This document shows, one piece after another, positions 28,401 through 43,400 of a DNA stretch of 64,000 bases. Source of the DNA: an uncultured Gemmataceae bacterium (GTDB taxonomy: Bacteria; Planctomycetota; Planctomycetia; Gemmatales; Gemmataceae); assembly GCA_963750165.1 (NCBI GenBank), contig CAVVPN010000003.1:1664001-1728000 (forward strand). The letters run 5' to 3'. The translations under genes were made by a program, and so were the position numbers. Under the pieces are notes generated by a model, which was given only the letters and a program-made list of their open reading frames with translations, ran no database searches and was not told the DNA's origin. Numbering within the stretch: the first letter of the stretch is position 1; every line of letters begins with the position of its first letter.

Positions 28401-31400
28401 ACATTCTGGAACGTGCCGAAGGGCAGCGAATACGTCTTGCCGGTCACCACGTTGTAGACCTCATCGTCGGGCAGGTCGGTCGCCGGTTGGCCGTCGATCA
28501 GCAGGGTGACCTTGGCCGTGTGATCGACCGAGAACGAAAAGGCCCCGCCCGTGGTGGTAACGGTGCCATTGACCGCATCCACCCGGGTAGTGATGGTCAC
28601 CTTGGTCAGCTTCTTGATGTTCACGCCGGGGTCGATGACCGGGCCGCCCACGGCCTCGGCCGCCAGTTCGGGTTCTTCAGCCGGGGCCGCCTGGATGGCC
28701 GCGGTGGGCTGCAAAATGTAAACGTGTGGCACCAGGCCGTGCATGACGGCGATGCCGCCCGGTCGGCCGCCGGTGGCGATGGGGGCGCGGGACTGGTCGT
28801 AGACGCTGAACGCGAGGGTGTTTGGGTCAGCAATCGGCGCGCCGTAATTGTCCGGGTTGGAGGACGAGAAGGAGTAGTTGGCCCGGTAGTCGGCCTGCAC
28901 GTCGATGGCGGCGTTGGGATTGCGCTGGCCCATCGTGTTGTTGGGGCTGATGGTGCCCATGTCGTCCAGCGGCAGGTCGTCGATCGGCAGCAGGGTCATG
29001 AAGCCGTAGACGAGGCCCTCCGCCTGTTCCGCGGCCTGCTGCTGCGCGATCAGCGTGAGCATCGCCTGGACGTCGAAGACGAAGACGCCGCCCTCCTGCG
29101 GCGTCGGGGTGGTGCCGGGGAGAGCCCCAAAAGCGGTGCCCAGGACGGGGACCGTCTGGTAGCTGACGTAGAGGTAATTGCCGTCGGCCGACAGGGTCAG
29201 GTCCGTGGGGTAGCCGTAGGGGATCGGCCGTGTCGCCGCGATCAGTTTCGGACTGCCGTGCAGGCCGAGCGGGTCCTGGATGATGCCGACGTTGCCGTCC
29301 TCGAACAGCGGGTTGGAGGTCTGGTCGAGGTAGCCGCTGATGCCGCCCGAGACCAGGTTGCCGAAGTCATCGGTGCCGCCGCCGAAGGTGGTCGGCACCA
29401 CGTCGGCGCGGCCGGCGATGAAGGCGTAGGAGTCGTCGGCCGTGAAGACGATGCCGCTGGCGTTGTGCACCTGCAGCCGGTCGTCCTGCGATACGCCGTT
29501 GACGTAATTCAGGTTCAGGGAAATCGGCGTCTTCGTGTTGTTGTTCGGGTTATCGACCTCGACGCCGTAGCTGTCCGTCTGGGCGTTGGTGAAGGCGACG
29601 ACGTCCTGGGGCGGCGTGCCCGACTGGTTCTGCTGGGCCTGCTGGTCCGGCGGCGTCGGCGCCACGGCCACGCCGTAGGTCTGCATGCTGCCGGGGACCG
29701 CCTCGATCTGGGACACCTGTGGCGGCGTGCCCTTGGGCTGGGTCGGGTCGTTCTTCAAAACGATCTCGACCAGGTTGCCGTTGATCAGGTCGAAGTTGCG
29801 GCCGGAGTTGGGGTCGCCGTTCTCGTTCGGGGCCGTGACGTAGAGGTGCAGGTCGTCGGAGCCGATGACCACCTTCCGCAACCCGGTGGGCGCGAGCAGC
29901 GCGTCCGGGCTGAAAGTCCCGTCCGCGTTCTCGATGCCGGCGCTGGCGAGTGCCGCGTCGGGGTTCACCTGCCGCACGATCTGGATGGTGTTGACGACCT
30001 GGTTGTACGTCGGCGAGGCTGGGTCGATGTCGATGACGTAGACGTTGGACGCCAGGTCGCCGGCGTCGAAGCCCTGGCCAGTCGTGGAGTGCTGGCCGCC
30101 GGCGATGACCGGCCGCGAGTCGGCGACGTAGGCGTACTTCCCGGCAGAGTCGATGGCGATGCCGTAAGGCTCGGCGCCGATGGGCAGGTCGATCTCCTTG
30201 CTGCTCGGGTTGGCGTTGATGCCGATGCCCACCTCGTCGATGACGGTGCCGTTGCCATCCGGCGCGTCCGGCGCGAGAGCCGCAGCCGGTAGAACCCGTT
30301 TTTCAGGTCGGCGTAGGCGGTCGGGTCGAAGCTGTCCAGGACGACCGTGTCCGCCGTGCCGGTGCCGGACGCCAGGTGCTGGACGAGGCTCCACGTTGGC
30401 GTCCAGGCCCCCAGGTCCAGCGTCCAGTCGCCGTCCGTGACGATACCGCGGATGTCGAACGGGCCGGTGATCGTCTTGAGACGCAGGGCGGGGTCCAGGC
30501 CGCCGCCGTTGCCCGACACCGGCACGGGCGTCGTCTCATCCTGGGCCGGTGGCGGACTGTTGCCGTTGACGTTGATCTCCTGCAGCGACAGGGTGTCCAC
30601 GACCGCCACCTGGCCGGAGCCGCGCAGGGTGACATAGGCGCGCGTGTTGTCCGGGGTGACGGCCACGTCGCGCGGCAGTGGGAAATCGGAAGGATCGCCC
30701 AGCGGGATCTGGGCGATTTCCTTGTTGAAGGAATCGGGAGTGTCGTTGGTGCCGTCGTGGGTGGAGTCGCCATCGATCACGGCCAGGGCGCCGTCGATGC
30801 CGGTGACCTGGTTGCCGGTGTAGTCATACTGCAGTTCCGGCAGGGCGACGAAGACATACTGTCCGCTCGGGTTGAGCTTGACGGCGTTGCCGGTGATCGG
30901 CGCCGGCTGACCCATGGTGGGAGCGTTGCCCTGGCCGTAGGGCGGCGACACGTTGGCCGTGTCGGTGCGCGTGACGCTGATCTCGGCCGTCCCGACAGCC
31001 AGGGTTGTGGGCGCCGGCACGTGGATGTCCATGGCCCCGGGCGCGACGGCGTCGTTGGGGCCGGGGGCGGTGAGGGTGAGGCCCTGGAGGACGCCCTCGG
31101 TGACGGTCAGGCCGTTCGCCGCGGTGAAGGTGACGGACAGGTTGTTCGGGTTGTCGCCCGTGCCGGTGGCGGTCACGACCACATCCGGTTGGAGACCGTT
31201 CGAGGTCGTGGACGGCTCGAAGTTGATCTGGGCCTCGACGATCTGCGGCCCCGGAGCCTGTGCGGCCACCTGGGTCGGGTCGAGGGTGATGGAAAACTTC
31301 GTGACCTGGTTCGCGTTGATCTGGACGTTGTTGACGGTCACGTCGGGCAGGCCGAACTTCGGGATGCGCTCGACCACGACGGGCACCGGGTCGCCGCCGT

Positions 31401-34400
31401 TGGTGGGCGTGGTCATGGAGATCAGGCCGGTGTTGGCGTCGATGATGGAGCCCAGGGTGACGCCGAAGACATCCGTCGTGTAGAGGTCCACGGCTTCCAC
31501 CGACGTGAGCACGTTCTGGATTTCGGCCTGGATGGCCTGCTGAGTCTGGCCCGTGGCCTGGCCGATCTGGTCGATGTCGGCCGCCAACTCCAGTTCGCCG
31601 AGGTCGTTGGCATTGCCACTCACGACCAGGAGCAGGTCCGATTCGTCGATACCGGGATACGGCGGCGAGGCGGTGTGGGCCAGGCCGTCAGCGCCGACCA
31701 CGCCGTCGTCGGTCTCCCACCAGATGGGCATGAGGTTGCCGCTGGCGTCCGGGACCTGGCCGGCGCAGGAATAACACCGGGGTGCCGACAGCGAGGCCCG
31801 GCGCCGGGATCGCCATCTGCACGGGGACGTTGAGCGGGTTGGAGCCGAGGTTGAGTTGGTAGGCGGCGAGGAAGTTGAAGCCCTGCGGAACGCCCTGGGG
31901 CAGACTGGACTGCGCCACCGGGGTGATGCTGACGGTCGTGGGCTGGGTCAGGTCGTTCGGCGCCACCGCCACCAGCGAACCGTCGCTACCCTCCACCACG
32001 CCACCGCTCTTGTCCACCGTCCCGGGGCCGACCTGCGGCGCCTGCACCGACACCGTGGTCCGCGCCTCGGCAGGCCCGTGGATGACCGTCACGGTCACGG
32101 TGCCGGGCGCCACCGCCGTCAGCAGCCCGTCGGGGCTGACCATCACCACGCCCGGTTGACTCAGGTAATACTGCGTCCCGGTGGCGCCAGCCGAGAGGTT
32201 GTTCGCCAGTTGATAGTCGTCGCCCGGGTACACGTCGAGCTGCCGGGTGCCGCCGGCGCTGCTCAGGGTCACCGACAGCGGATACAGGTTCAGTCCGGCG
32301 TTGAGCAGTTCCTGGTCGAGCCCGTCCGACGGTTTGCCGACGGTGACGGCGGTGGCGGCCTGCAGGCCCTGGGCTGTGGCGATCAGGGTCGTCGTCCCCG
32401 TGGCCACACCGACGAGCCGGCCATCGGCGGAGATCGTTGCCACCGAGGAGTTCGTGAGCTGCGTTGCCACATAGGACGGATCGAGCACGACGTTCTGCTG
32501 GTCGGCGAAGTTGCCGACAAACACCTCGGGTACGAAGCCGCCGATGGCCAGGCGCGGCGTGCGCTGCTGGAAATCCAGGCTGACCAGCGGCGCGGCACTG
32601 ACGTTGACCGTGACGGTGGCTGTGGGAGACACTTCCAGGCCGTCGTCGGCCGTGAACTCGAAGTCCGCCGTGCCGGTGAAACCCGCGGCCGGCACGAACG
32701 TGACGGTGTGGCCGTCGGGATTGAGGGTTGCCGTGCCGTTGTCCGCCCCGAGGAGGTGGAAGTACACCGGCTCGCCCTGAGGGTCGCTGGCCAGCGGAGC
32801 CAGGTCGAACTGGACCGGCAGGCCGGCGTGGGTCAGAACCGTGCCGTTCTGGGCTGTCGGCGGCTGAGTCACCTGGAAGCCGTAGTTGGCCGCGACCAGC
32901 TGCACGTCGGCCGCGTCAATGGTGCCGTCGCGGTTGGCGTCGGCGGCGACGGAATAACCGGTCTGTCCCGCCATCGTGCCGACGAGACTGGCCACCAGCG
33001 TGCCGTCCGTGCCGTTCACGTCGCCGTCCTGGTTGGCGTCGCCGGCGATGAAGAGGTGCAGCGTGTAGGCCCCGGAGGTGGCGGCGTTGGCGCCGCTGAT
33101 CTGGAGCAGTTCCAGACCGGCACGGCTGACGGCGAACAGGGCGAACGCGCTATCGCTGCTGCTGTGCTGCACCAGCGGCGTCAGGCCGGCAACGGCCGGC
33201 ACGGCCGGCTGCACCGTACTGCCGGCGGCGGCATCCACCTCGACTCCCAGGTAGACGGTCCCGCTCGGGGGCGAGGCGACTTCCGAGGCGGTCAGCAGGA
33301 AGGTGAAGGAGTTGGTACTGCTGGCCGCCAGGTTGCCGTTGTAGTTCCCGGCCAGGAACTGGCTGGTGCCGCCGAGGTCCGCCGTCAGCGGCACGACCTG
33401 GACGGGGTTGCTGTAGTTGATGGCCGCGCCGCTGCCGGCCACGGGCGCGGTGGCCAGGGTGAGCAAGTGTGGGTCGTTCATGGCGTAGCCGTAGCGGCTA
33501 CTCAGCCCGGTGGCCGCGTTGTGAGCCGAGACCAGGTTGCCCGCGGCGTCATAGGTGTAGACGATCCGCGTCCCGTCCGGCGCCTCAATCGTGCTGATCC
33601 GCCCGGCCGCGTCACGGATGAAGCGCACCGCGTCGCCGGTGGAGCTGGAAATACCGCCGCCGCTGAAGTAGAGCGTCTGGCCGCCGTGCAGGATTTCTTC
33701 CGTCACGCCGCGGGTCGCACTCACGTAGTACACCGTGCCATCGGGGCCGGTCAGGGTGTACTGGGGACCGGTGAACTGGCCGCTGGCGGGGTTGTACGGC
33801 AGGGCGGTCTGGGCGTCGTAGAAGCCGCTGCCGCCGCGAATCAGCACCGCCCCTGCGGAAGCGAGTTGCCAGCCCACGCCGGGGTCGGACTTGTACGCCG
33901 GGGTGTAGTAGGAGACGCCCGACTGGTCGTGGCGCTGCGGGGCGAAGGTGAAGCCGACCCGTTCGCCGTCGGGCAGAGTCAGGTAGACGCGCGTGCCCTC
34001 AACGAAGGGGTTGTAAACGCCGTCGGCCTCCAGTCCGGTCGGCGGCACACTGGTCCGCAGGTCGGTGTCCTGAACGGCCAGGCTCCAGCCGTAGCCGAAG
34101 CTGCCCAAGTCGTTGCGGTCCAGCGAATCGTACACGCGTGTCAGGTTGACCGTGGCCGCGCCCAGTTGCACCGTCAGGTCGGTTTCCGATCGCAGGTACT
34201 GCCCGGTCTTGGTGGCCGTGTCCACTTCCAGAGTCAGGGTGGTCTGGCTGGTCCGCCCGGAGATGTTGGTCGCCGTCAACAGCAACTGATAGACGCCGTT
34301 GCGCAGGGTGCTGGGATCGAGGGTCGCCAGGGTGGCGTTGTTCACGGACGTGGTGCCGCTCGCCAGAATGGTGTAGGTGGTGTCGCCGAGCGAGACGGCC

Positions 34401-37400
34401 TGCAAGGTCCAGGTATCGAGATTGCTGTCGCTCACCGTGCCGGTCACGGTGGTCGCGGTGGTAAGGATGACCCCGTTCAGGGTAGGGGCGAGTTCGACCA
34501 CGGGAGATCCAGTGTCATTGGGATCGCGGACCTTGACCACGGCGCTGGCCTGGCCCGTGTTGCCATCCACGTCCGTGGCGGTGGCTGCGAATTGCGCACG
34601 GCCCGGGGCGGTGGGCGTGTACTGATGGCGGCCCTGGGCGTCCAGCGTCACTGGCTGGCCGTCCTGGGTCAGCGTCAGCCCGGCAATGCCGGCAACGCCG
34701 GTGGCGGTGACGTGGACGATGACCGACTGGCCCGGCACGGTGGGGAAGCTCGGCGTCACCGTGACGGTGACGGTCGGGGCCTGGCTGGCGAGCAGAGCGT
34801 GCATCACCGCCGTCTGCTGGGCGGACAGCTGCCCGTCGGAAACCGAGAAGACGACGGGGTAATCGCCCGACTGGCCGGCGGCCGGCGTCCACGTGAACAC
34901 GCCAGTGGTGGCGGAGAACGCGGCCCCGGCCGGCAGTCCCGTGGCCGAGAAGGTCAGGACATCGCCCACGTCCGGGTCGCTGGCAGTGACCGTGAACTGC
35001 AACTGCTCCCCGACCAGGACGGAATGATCGACCACCTGAATCGTGGGCGGCCGATCCACGTTAGCGATCTGGATGGTCACGTTCTTGGTGTTGCTCAACC
35101 CGGACGGGTCAGTCGCGGCGAAGGTTAACATGTAGGTGCCGGCCTGCGTGTAGTCCGGCGTCCAGGTGAATTGCCCGGATGAGGAATCGAGCTGGGCGTG
35201 CGCTGGCAGGGTCGTGAGCGCGGAGAAAGTGACGGAGTCGTTGTCCGGGTCCGTGGCCGCCAGGGTGAACGCCACCGGCGCCCCCTCGCGTCCCGACTGG
35301 TTGCCGACGGGCAGCAGGGTCGGCGGCTGGTCGGTGTTGGTGACGTGGACGGTGATGGTCTGGAACACAGTCTGGTTGCCGTCGCTGGCCCCGAACACCA
35401 CGCTCGGATAAGTACCAGCCTCGAACAGGTTGGGCGTCCAGGTCAGGATGCCGTGCTGCGGGTCGAAGGTCGAACCGGGCGGCGCGTTGGCGACCGAGTA
35501 AGTCAGGCTGTCGCCGTCCGGGTCCGTGGCCGCCAGGGTCACCGTGAGCGGCTGGCCCTCCGCGACGGTCTGGTTGCCGGGGTTCTGCAATACCGGCGCC
35601 TGGTTGCTGGTACGCACCACCAGATGAATGGTCTGCTGATCGGAGGCGACCAGCGCGGGGTTGCCGTTGCCGGTGTTCGTCACCACGAAGGTGACGCCGT
35701 AGTCGCCCACCTCGTCGGCGGTCGGCACCCAGCTGACGGACGCCTGGCCGTAAATGGCACTGGGCACAATGGTCGCCCCGTCGGGCAGGCCCGTGGCAGT
35801 GAAGGTCAGCGGCTGCTGGTCCAGGTCGGTCGCCTGGAGGGTGAGCTGGAAGGGGGTATCGACGACGGCCACCTTGTTGCCAATGTAGCTCAGAGAGGGC
35901 GGTTCACTGGCCACCTGGACGGCCAGCACGAAACTCTCCTGCGTGGACCGCGGCGTGGTCTGGCCGTTGCGGCCGTTGTCGGCGGCCGTCACCGTGATGG
36001 TGTAGTTGCCCTTGTCCGGCAGCCCCGGCGTGAACTGGAACGTTCCCGTGTTGTTGCCGTTGTCGGTAAACGTGCCGAAGGCGGGCAACCCGGTCACGGT
36101 GAGGGCGACGTGGTCGCCGTCCGGGTCCGTGGCCGTCACCGGAACGGTCAGGGTGGACCCGCCCGGCACCGTCTGATCGACGATGGGCGTGAGCACCGGC
36201 GGCCGGTCCACCGGCAGCACGTTGAGGGTGACGGTGTCCGACGTGCTCAGGTCCACGCCGGTGCCGTCGCCGGTGTCCGTGGCCGTGAACGTCACCTGGA
36301 AAGGGCCGACCTGGGTAAAGCTCGGCGTCCAGGTGAACAGCAGTGTCTGGTTGTCGAAGGTGGCCCCGGCGGGCAGGCCGCTGACAGTGTAATTGACCGT
36401 GGCGGGCGGCCCGTCCCCGGGCGTGAGCGAGCCGTCGGGATTGCGGGTCGGCGGCGCGAAACTGGGGTTGTCGGGGTCGAACGCCTGGGCGATGAACTGG
36501 AGCTGTTGGTTTTCCAGCACCTGGAAGGTGGTCAGGTTCTGGAACACCGGCGGAGCGTTCACGTTCAGGATCGCGAGGTTCGCTGTTCGGGTCGTGCTGA
36601 CCTGGCCGTTGCTGACGGTGAAGTCCACCTTGTAAATACCGTGCTGCGTGTAGCCCGGCGTCCACGTGAACAGGCCGCTGGTCGGGTCCAGGACCGAGCC
36701 GTTGGGCAGGTTGTCGCTGGAGAAAGTCAGGGGCACGCCCGCCACGTCGCTGGCCTGGAGTTGAATGTGGACCTGGGCGCCTTCCTGGCCGATGGTGTCG
36801 GCGGGCTGCAGCAAGGTGGGCGGCGGCGGGTTCGAGGCGATGATGATCGTGATGTCCTGGCTGACCTGGCGCAGTCCGTCGCTGACGGTCAGGGTCACGT
36901 CCGGGTAGGTCCCGGCGGCCCCGTAGGCCGGTGTCCACGACAGGACCTTCAGGGTTGGGTCGAACACGGCTCCGGGCGGCAGGTTATCGGCCCAGTACGT
37001 CAGCGGGCTGTTTTCGGGATCGGTGGCCGCCACCTGAACGGTCAGGGGCACGCCCTCCGTGCCGGTGACCTGGGTGGGTAGTCCCGTGAACGCCGGCGGC
37101 TGATTCACACCACCGATCACCACGGTATACACCTGCGTGGCGACGGAACCGGCGTCGTCGTACACCTGCACCACCACGGTCGCCGAGGCCGGGCTGTTGG
37201 GGGTCGGTGTCCAGGAGACCAGGCCGGTCGCGGGGTTCATCGTCATCCCGGCCGGGCCGCGCACCAGCAAGTAGCTCAACTCGTCGCCGTCGGGATCAAA
37301 GCCGATGGCCTGGTAGCTGTAGGTCTGGCCGACGGTCGCGCTGGTGATCGGTTCGGTGACGAACACCGGCGGCTGATTCGCGGCGGTCAAGCCACTCACC

Positions 37401-40400
37401 GAAGGGTCGAAGGCCACGGGCTGGCCGTTCTTCATCACGACGGTGATGGTCTGGCCGGTGGAGCTTTGCCCCGGATTCAGGATGCCGTCCGCCGGCAGGC
37501 TGCCGCTCAGGTCGATCAACCACGAGCCGTCCGGGCCGCGGCCGAGGTTGCCTTGCGGTTCGCCCGGGAACTGATTCAGCGGGTTGAGGTGCAGCACCAC
37601 GGGCAGCAGGATCGCGTGACTGCTGACGTTGGTCACGGTCACGTCGAACGACACCGTCCCGGTGTTCCGGTCACTGCGGGACAGGCCGAACTGCAGGTTG
37701 AGGATGCCCGACAGGTCCGCCGTGGCGGTAAAGTCCGAATCATACTCCGCAGGCAGGGGAATGCCCCGGGCGCTTTTCAAGCCCGTGAGCACGCGCAGTT
37801 TGTAATGGTCCGCGCTGAGGGCGTTGAAGGACAGGGTGACCGTGCGGGTGGTCGGGTTGTAGGTGACAGCCTGGATGGCTTGCGGCCCGGTCGAGTCGCC
37901 GGTGAGGCGGTAGTTGTTCGGGTTGAGCACCGAGTTGGGGTCGGCGGCGCTGTCGGCCTGCATGTCCTGGTCGAAGACGATGCTGATGCTGCCCAGGGGC
38001 AGGGCCACGTCACTGCCGGGCGGCGGGTTGACGGCGATCACGTGTGGGGCCGTGATGGGGCCGAGCACATCGACCTGGTGCGACTGGCTGAGCAGCACGC
38101 GACCGTCCGCCGTGGTCTTGATCTCGTCGCCGCGGCTGCCACCGGTCGCCACCGCCAGCACCTGCATGGTCGCCAGGTCCACCATCGACAGCTCACTGCC
38201 CTGGGTGGCGGACACGGGTTCATCGTGACTGGCGAACAGCAGACCGGAGAGCGCAGTGCCTGTCTGGCCGAAGGCGATGGAGTCCACCTCGTCGGCGAAT
38301 TCCAGTTCCTTCACGGCCGTGCCGTCGGCGTTGAAGCGGATGATGTCGCCCGGGTCGGTCGGCCACAGGGCCGCCCACAGACTATCGTCGGCCGGGTTGA
38401 AGGCCAGGCTGCCGACGCGCAGGTTGCTGAAGTGCGTGAACGTCGCCGTGCTGGGGTTGAAGATTTCGACGCCCTGGCCGGAGGAGACGTAGATCAGGCC
38501 CGTCGCCGGGTCGATGGCCAGCGACTGTGTCAGGCTGTCGCCGTACTGGCCGAGGATGGCCCCGGTGTTCGGGTCGAGCTGGAGCAGGGGGCCGCCGCCG
38601 GTCGTGGCCCAGAGGTTGCCCGTGCCGGTGAAGGCGAAGTCGTAGATCGGGAACGGCAGCGTCGCCAGGGGGGCACCGACCGCACCGCCGGAGACGGGCA
38701 GCAGGAAAAGCTGATTGCGGCCCGGCCCGCCGCTGACCAGCACCGAGCCGTCCGGCCGCACACCGATGGCCACGGGGCCGATGTTGGCGTGACTCTGGGC
38801 GATGCCCGTGGCGAAGGCGCCGCCCGCGAACGGCTGCAACACCTTCGTGAACTCCGGCTTCTGGGTCGCCGGCAACGCCGAGGGGATGCCCTGCTGGGCC
38901 TGGGTGAACAGGGCGTTGGGCGTCGGCGGCGTGTTGTTCTGCGGCGGCGGCGCCGGCGGCACGTCGGGCGGCGTCTCCTGCGGCACAGACGGCAGCGCGC
39001 CCAGGTTGGCCTGCCCGCCGGCCGCGGGGACGGTGACGCCGGTGGACGGCTGCTCCTGGTTGCCGGCGTAGTCCGTCGCCAGGGCCAGGAAGGTGTAGGT
39101 GTGGCCCGCCTGGCCCTGGTACACGTCCGTGGTGTCGGTCGTCTGGTTGAGCCAGATTTGATAGTTGCCGCCGTTGTCGGAGACGTAGACGGTCACGCCC
39201 TTGACGCCCGAGCCGTCAGCGTCGTCCTGGGCGTTCCAGGTCACCTGGTAGTTCGAGCTGCCCGCCATCAGCGGCGTGGCGGTCAGCGTCGTGGTCGGGG
39301 CGGTGCCGTCGATGGTCCAGGTCTGGCTGCCGGTGTCCAGTGGCGGCGCGTTGTCGAACAACACGGTGGCATCGGCGCTGATCTGTGTGCCGGTGGCCAG
39401 CCCCTTCTGCGGCTGGACGGTGTAGCTGATGAAGCCCGTCTGCCCCGGGGCCAGCAGGCCGATACTCGGGTTTTGCAGGACCTCGCCGGTGTTGGGGTCG
39501 ATGGCCTGGATCAGCCAGGTGGCCGTGTTGGTGTCCAGGTCCATGCCGGCGCTGATGCGCAGGATGAAGCCGTGCGACTGCGAGTAGTCGATGTCGCCCT
39601 GGAAGGTGCCCCCCGCCGTGTCGGGCAGCGGCACGGACAGGTCGCCGATTTCGATGCTGCCCAGGTGGAAGGTGCGCGGGTCGAGGTTGGGGTCGAGTTG
39701 CTGCACGACGCGGATCTGGTGTACCGCGGCGCCCGCGTTGTCGGGGTTGGCGAAGCCGACGGTGAACGGCAGGTCCTGGCCCTCGGGCAGGAACTGCTGC
39801 GGCCCGTAGCCGGTCGGCCCCATCAGGGTGGTGTTGGTGCCGGCAACCGCGGAGCCGCTCAGGAACTGGTTGATGTCCGCCGCCTGCGGCCCCTGGGCAC
39901 CGACCAGGTCCGGGTAATAGATGTCGCCGTCCGGCTCGTCGCCGTCGCCGCTGTCATCGTCGTCGTCCAAAGTGGACACGTCGCGCACGTAGACGTTGAA
40001 CGCCTCGAAGGACGCCGGGGCGGCGCCGCCGAGGTTGAACTGGCTGGCGGTCGGCAGCGGGGCGGTGACGCCGATCGAGACAGGGTTGACGCCCGGCTCC
40101 ACGTTCGACTCGCTGCTGCCGTACCACTGCGCCACCTGGGCGAAGAACGCCGGCAGGTTGCCGGTGGTGATGATCTGGTCGCCCTGCGAGCCGGCGAGGA
40201 TGCCGGCCGCCAGCGTGTCGGTCAGGCTGGCGACGTCGGGGTCAAGGTGGACAGCGGGCGGCACGTCCACCGGCCGCAGCAGCCCCGCCTGCTGCAGTGC
40301 CGTCAGGTACAGCGCGTCCCAGGAGGTGGCGTCGGCCGCCAGCGCCTTCAGCGCCGGCATGGCCGTCGAGTCGTTCAGCACGCCCTGCCGCAGCGTCTCC

Positions 40401-43400
40401 GCGTACTGCGTCTGCTCGGCGACGTACTGGTCGGGCGTCAGCGGCGACGCCGCCGCCACCACGTTGTACGTGAAGGCGACGCCGCTCGCCGGTTCCTGCA
40501 TCGTCACCGCGTCCTTGGTCAGGTCGGGGTAGGTCTTGGCGGTGAAGTTCAGGCCGACGTAGCCCTGGTCGGCCAGGTCGATGGCGAAGCCCGTGGCCAG
40601 GTCGTAGCCGCTGGTGTCCGTGCTGGCGCTGAGCTGGTCCCAGGGCACGCCGGCCACGTTCGGGTTGCCCTGCAGATTGCTGTAGAAGCCCAGGTATGGC
40701 GTAAACGCCTCCTCGGAGTTGACGCCCAGGTTCGGCACGCCGAACTCGAACTGGACGTAGGGGATGTCCACATTGGTCAGGCTCTGCAGCGAGAAGCCGT
40801 AGTAGCCGGTGTCGCCGGCGTAGAGGATGCGTGTGCCGCCGAGGCCGACGGTCACCTGCGGCGGCAGGGCCGGCTCGACCAGGTAGCGGTACGGCGCGTC
40901 CGCCTCGGAGCCGTCGGGGTTGATGACGGTCACGTCATACAGGCCGTGCGGCGCGTCGGTCAGGTCGAAGACGGCGATGATCTCGGTGCTGTTCACCACC
41001 TGATAACTGACCGGCTCGTACTCGGCGAAGCCGGGCCGCACCAGCTTGACGAGGGCCTTCGGGTCGAACTGGGCGCCGCTGATGACGGTGGTGACGTACC
41101 GGCTGTCGCCGCCGCTGTCGGGGGTGACGTTGGTGATTTCAAAGGGCAACAACTGGGCCAGCAGTGTGACCGGGTTGGTGCTGCCGCGCACCAACACGTA
41201 GTAGGTGCCGGCCTCGGTGCCGGGGATGGTCGCCACCTGGTTGGCCATGAGTACGCCGCTGTAGCTGGCGTCGTACTGGAAGGCGTTGGGCACGGCGTTG
41301 TAGCGGATGTAAATCTGATTGGCCGCGTTGGGCGTCGTCGAGGTGAGCGACACCTGCAGCGTCTGATTCTCGGGCACCGTCACCTGGAACAATTGGTCCT
41401 TGCCGGCGGTGATGGTCGCGGCCAGGGGCACGCCCAGCTGCAGGCTCGGCACGGTCACCGCCATCTGGGCAGCGGACGGCGTGATGTTGTTCTGGAAGCC
41501 AGCGTCGCCCTCGTACACGTCATCGAACAGGTTGGTGCGCACGATCAGGTAATACGACCCCGGGACGGCCGGCGGCAGGACTGCGGTCAGCGTCCCGGTG
41601 TAGGTGCCGCCGTTGGCCAGGCTTGACTCCGAGTGCTGGACCTCGCCGACGAGCGGGTCGGTGACGTTCCAGATCGACGTGGGCGACAGGTAGACGGCGT
41701 CGGTCCAACTGCCGGCGGCCGGAAACTGGCCCTGGTTGGTGACGGTCCAGCTCACGGTCGTCGGCTGGCCCGAGCGCCCCGTCGCCTGGGGCGTGACGGA
41801 CGTGACCACCAGGTCGGCCGGCGGCGGCTGGTTGATGATAACCGGCAGCGGGCTTGCGGTGGTGTTGTTGAGTTCGTTCCCCTCGAGGACGGCGCCGTAC
41901 GTGGAGACTGACGGGTTCACCGGGTCCGTGACGATGATGACGTAAAACGTCCCGGTCAGGTTGTGGGGCGGCCGGATGGTGGTGTTGACCGTGTAGTGGT
42001 CGTTGACGGGGTCGCTGTTGCCGGCCAGGGCGCCGTTGTGGGTCAGCGTGCCGAGGTAGTAGTCGCTGTTCGGATCCAGGAACTGGTCCACCGACAGGTA
42101 GATGTTGTCGCCCCACTTCGTCTGCCCCGGCAGCGTCGCCGCCGGGCTGTTGTTGGTGACGGTATAGCTGAGGTTGAACGCCTGGTTCTCGGTGGCCTGC
42201 TGGTCCGGGGTGACTGCGGTCACCTGCAGGTCGGGCAGGACCGTGGGCAGCACCTGCTGGGGCACGGCTGTGATGTTGTTGCCCTCGTCCTGGAACTCTC
42301 GCACCAGGCCGCCGTTGGCCCGGTTGCGGTCGTCATCGACGAAGACGAGCAGGTAATAGTTCCCGGAGATGCCATAGGGGATCTGGACGTTCGCGGTCTT
42401 GGTGTACGACTGCCCCAGCGCCAGACCCTGGTTGCTGGCGACACTGCCCAGGTAAATAGACTGCGGGCCGAGCGAGGGGTCCGGCGCCAGGTAGATGCCG
42501 TCGTACCACAAGTTGGTGCGGGTGTCGCGCGTGCCCTGGTTGGTGACGGTCCAGGTCACAGGGATGATGTCGCCGGCGTGCGGCGTCATGGTCGGCGGCG
42601 TCAGGTGGCTGACCACCAGGTCCGGCTCGCGGTAGTAGACCGGCAGCGGCGCCGAGCCCTGGTTGTTCTGTTCGTTGGCGCCCTCGCCCTCGTAGACGTG
42701 GCTTTGGTAATAGTTGACGCCTGCGAAGGCGTTCAGCATCGGGTACGGGTCGGTGAAGATGTAGATGTAGTACGTGATGGGGGTGACCTTGGCCCCGATG
42801 CCGGCCGGGAGCTGGATGGAGGCCGTCCCGTTGTAGCTGGCGCCCGTCCCCAGCGGTTGCGTCGCGGTGTGAGTGACGGTGCTCGCCAGGATGGCCCGGT
42901 TGACGATGAAGGTCGGGTCGGGCGAGAACCACACCTGGTCGAGCCAGTACTGGGTGCCGGACCAGACTGGGGCGCCGAAGTTGGTGACGGTCCACGTCAC
43001 GGTGGTGGTTTCGCCCGAGTACGCCTGCGGCTGGGTGCCGACCGCGGTCACCTGCAGGTCCGCCGCGGCGGCGGTCACGATGCTCGGGGCGGAGGTGGCG
43101 TTGTTGGTCGAGTACGGCCCTTCCCAGATGCCGTCGGGCGGCGGGTTGGTCACCACGATGACGTACTGGCCGGTGAAGGACGGCGACAGCAGGATGGTCT
43201 GCTGGGTGGAGTACGACTGGCCGGGCAGCAGCGCACCGTTGTGCGTGAACGAGCCGAGATAAATCTGCTTCGCCCCCGATGCGTTCCAGGTCGGCGCCGT
43301 GGACAGGTAGACGTTATCGCCCCACTGGGAACTCTCGGTGGCGCCGTTGCCCTGGTTGGCGACGGTCCAGCTGACGGTGTAGTTGGTACCGGCCGCGGCA

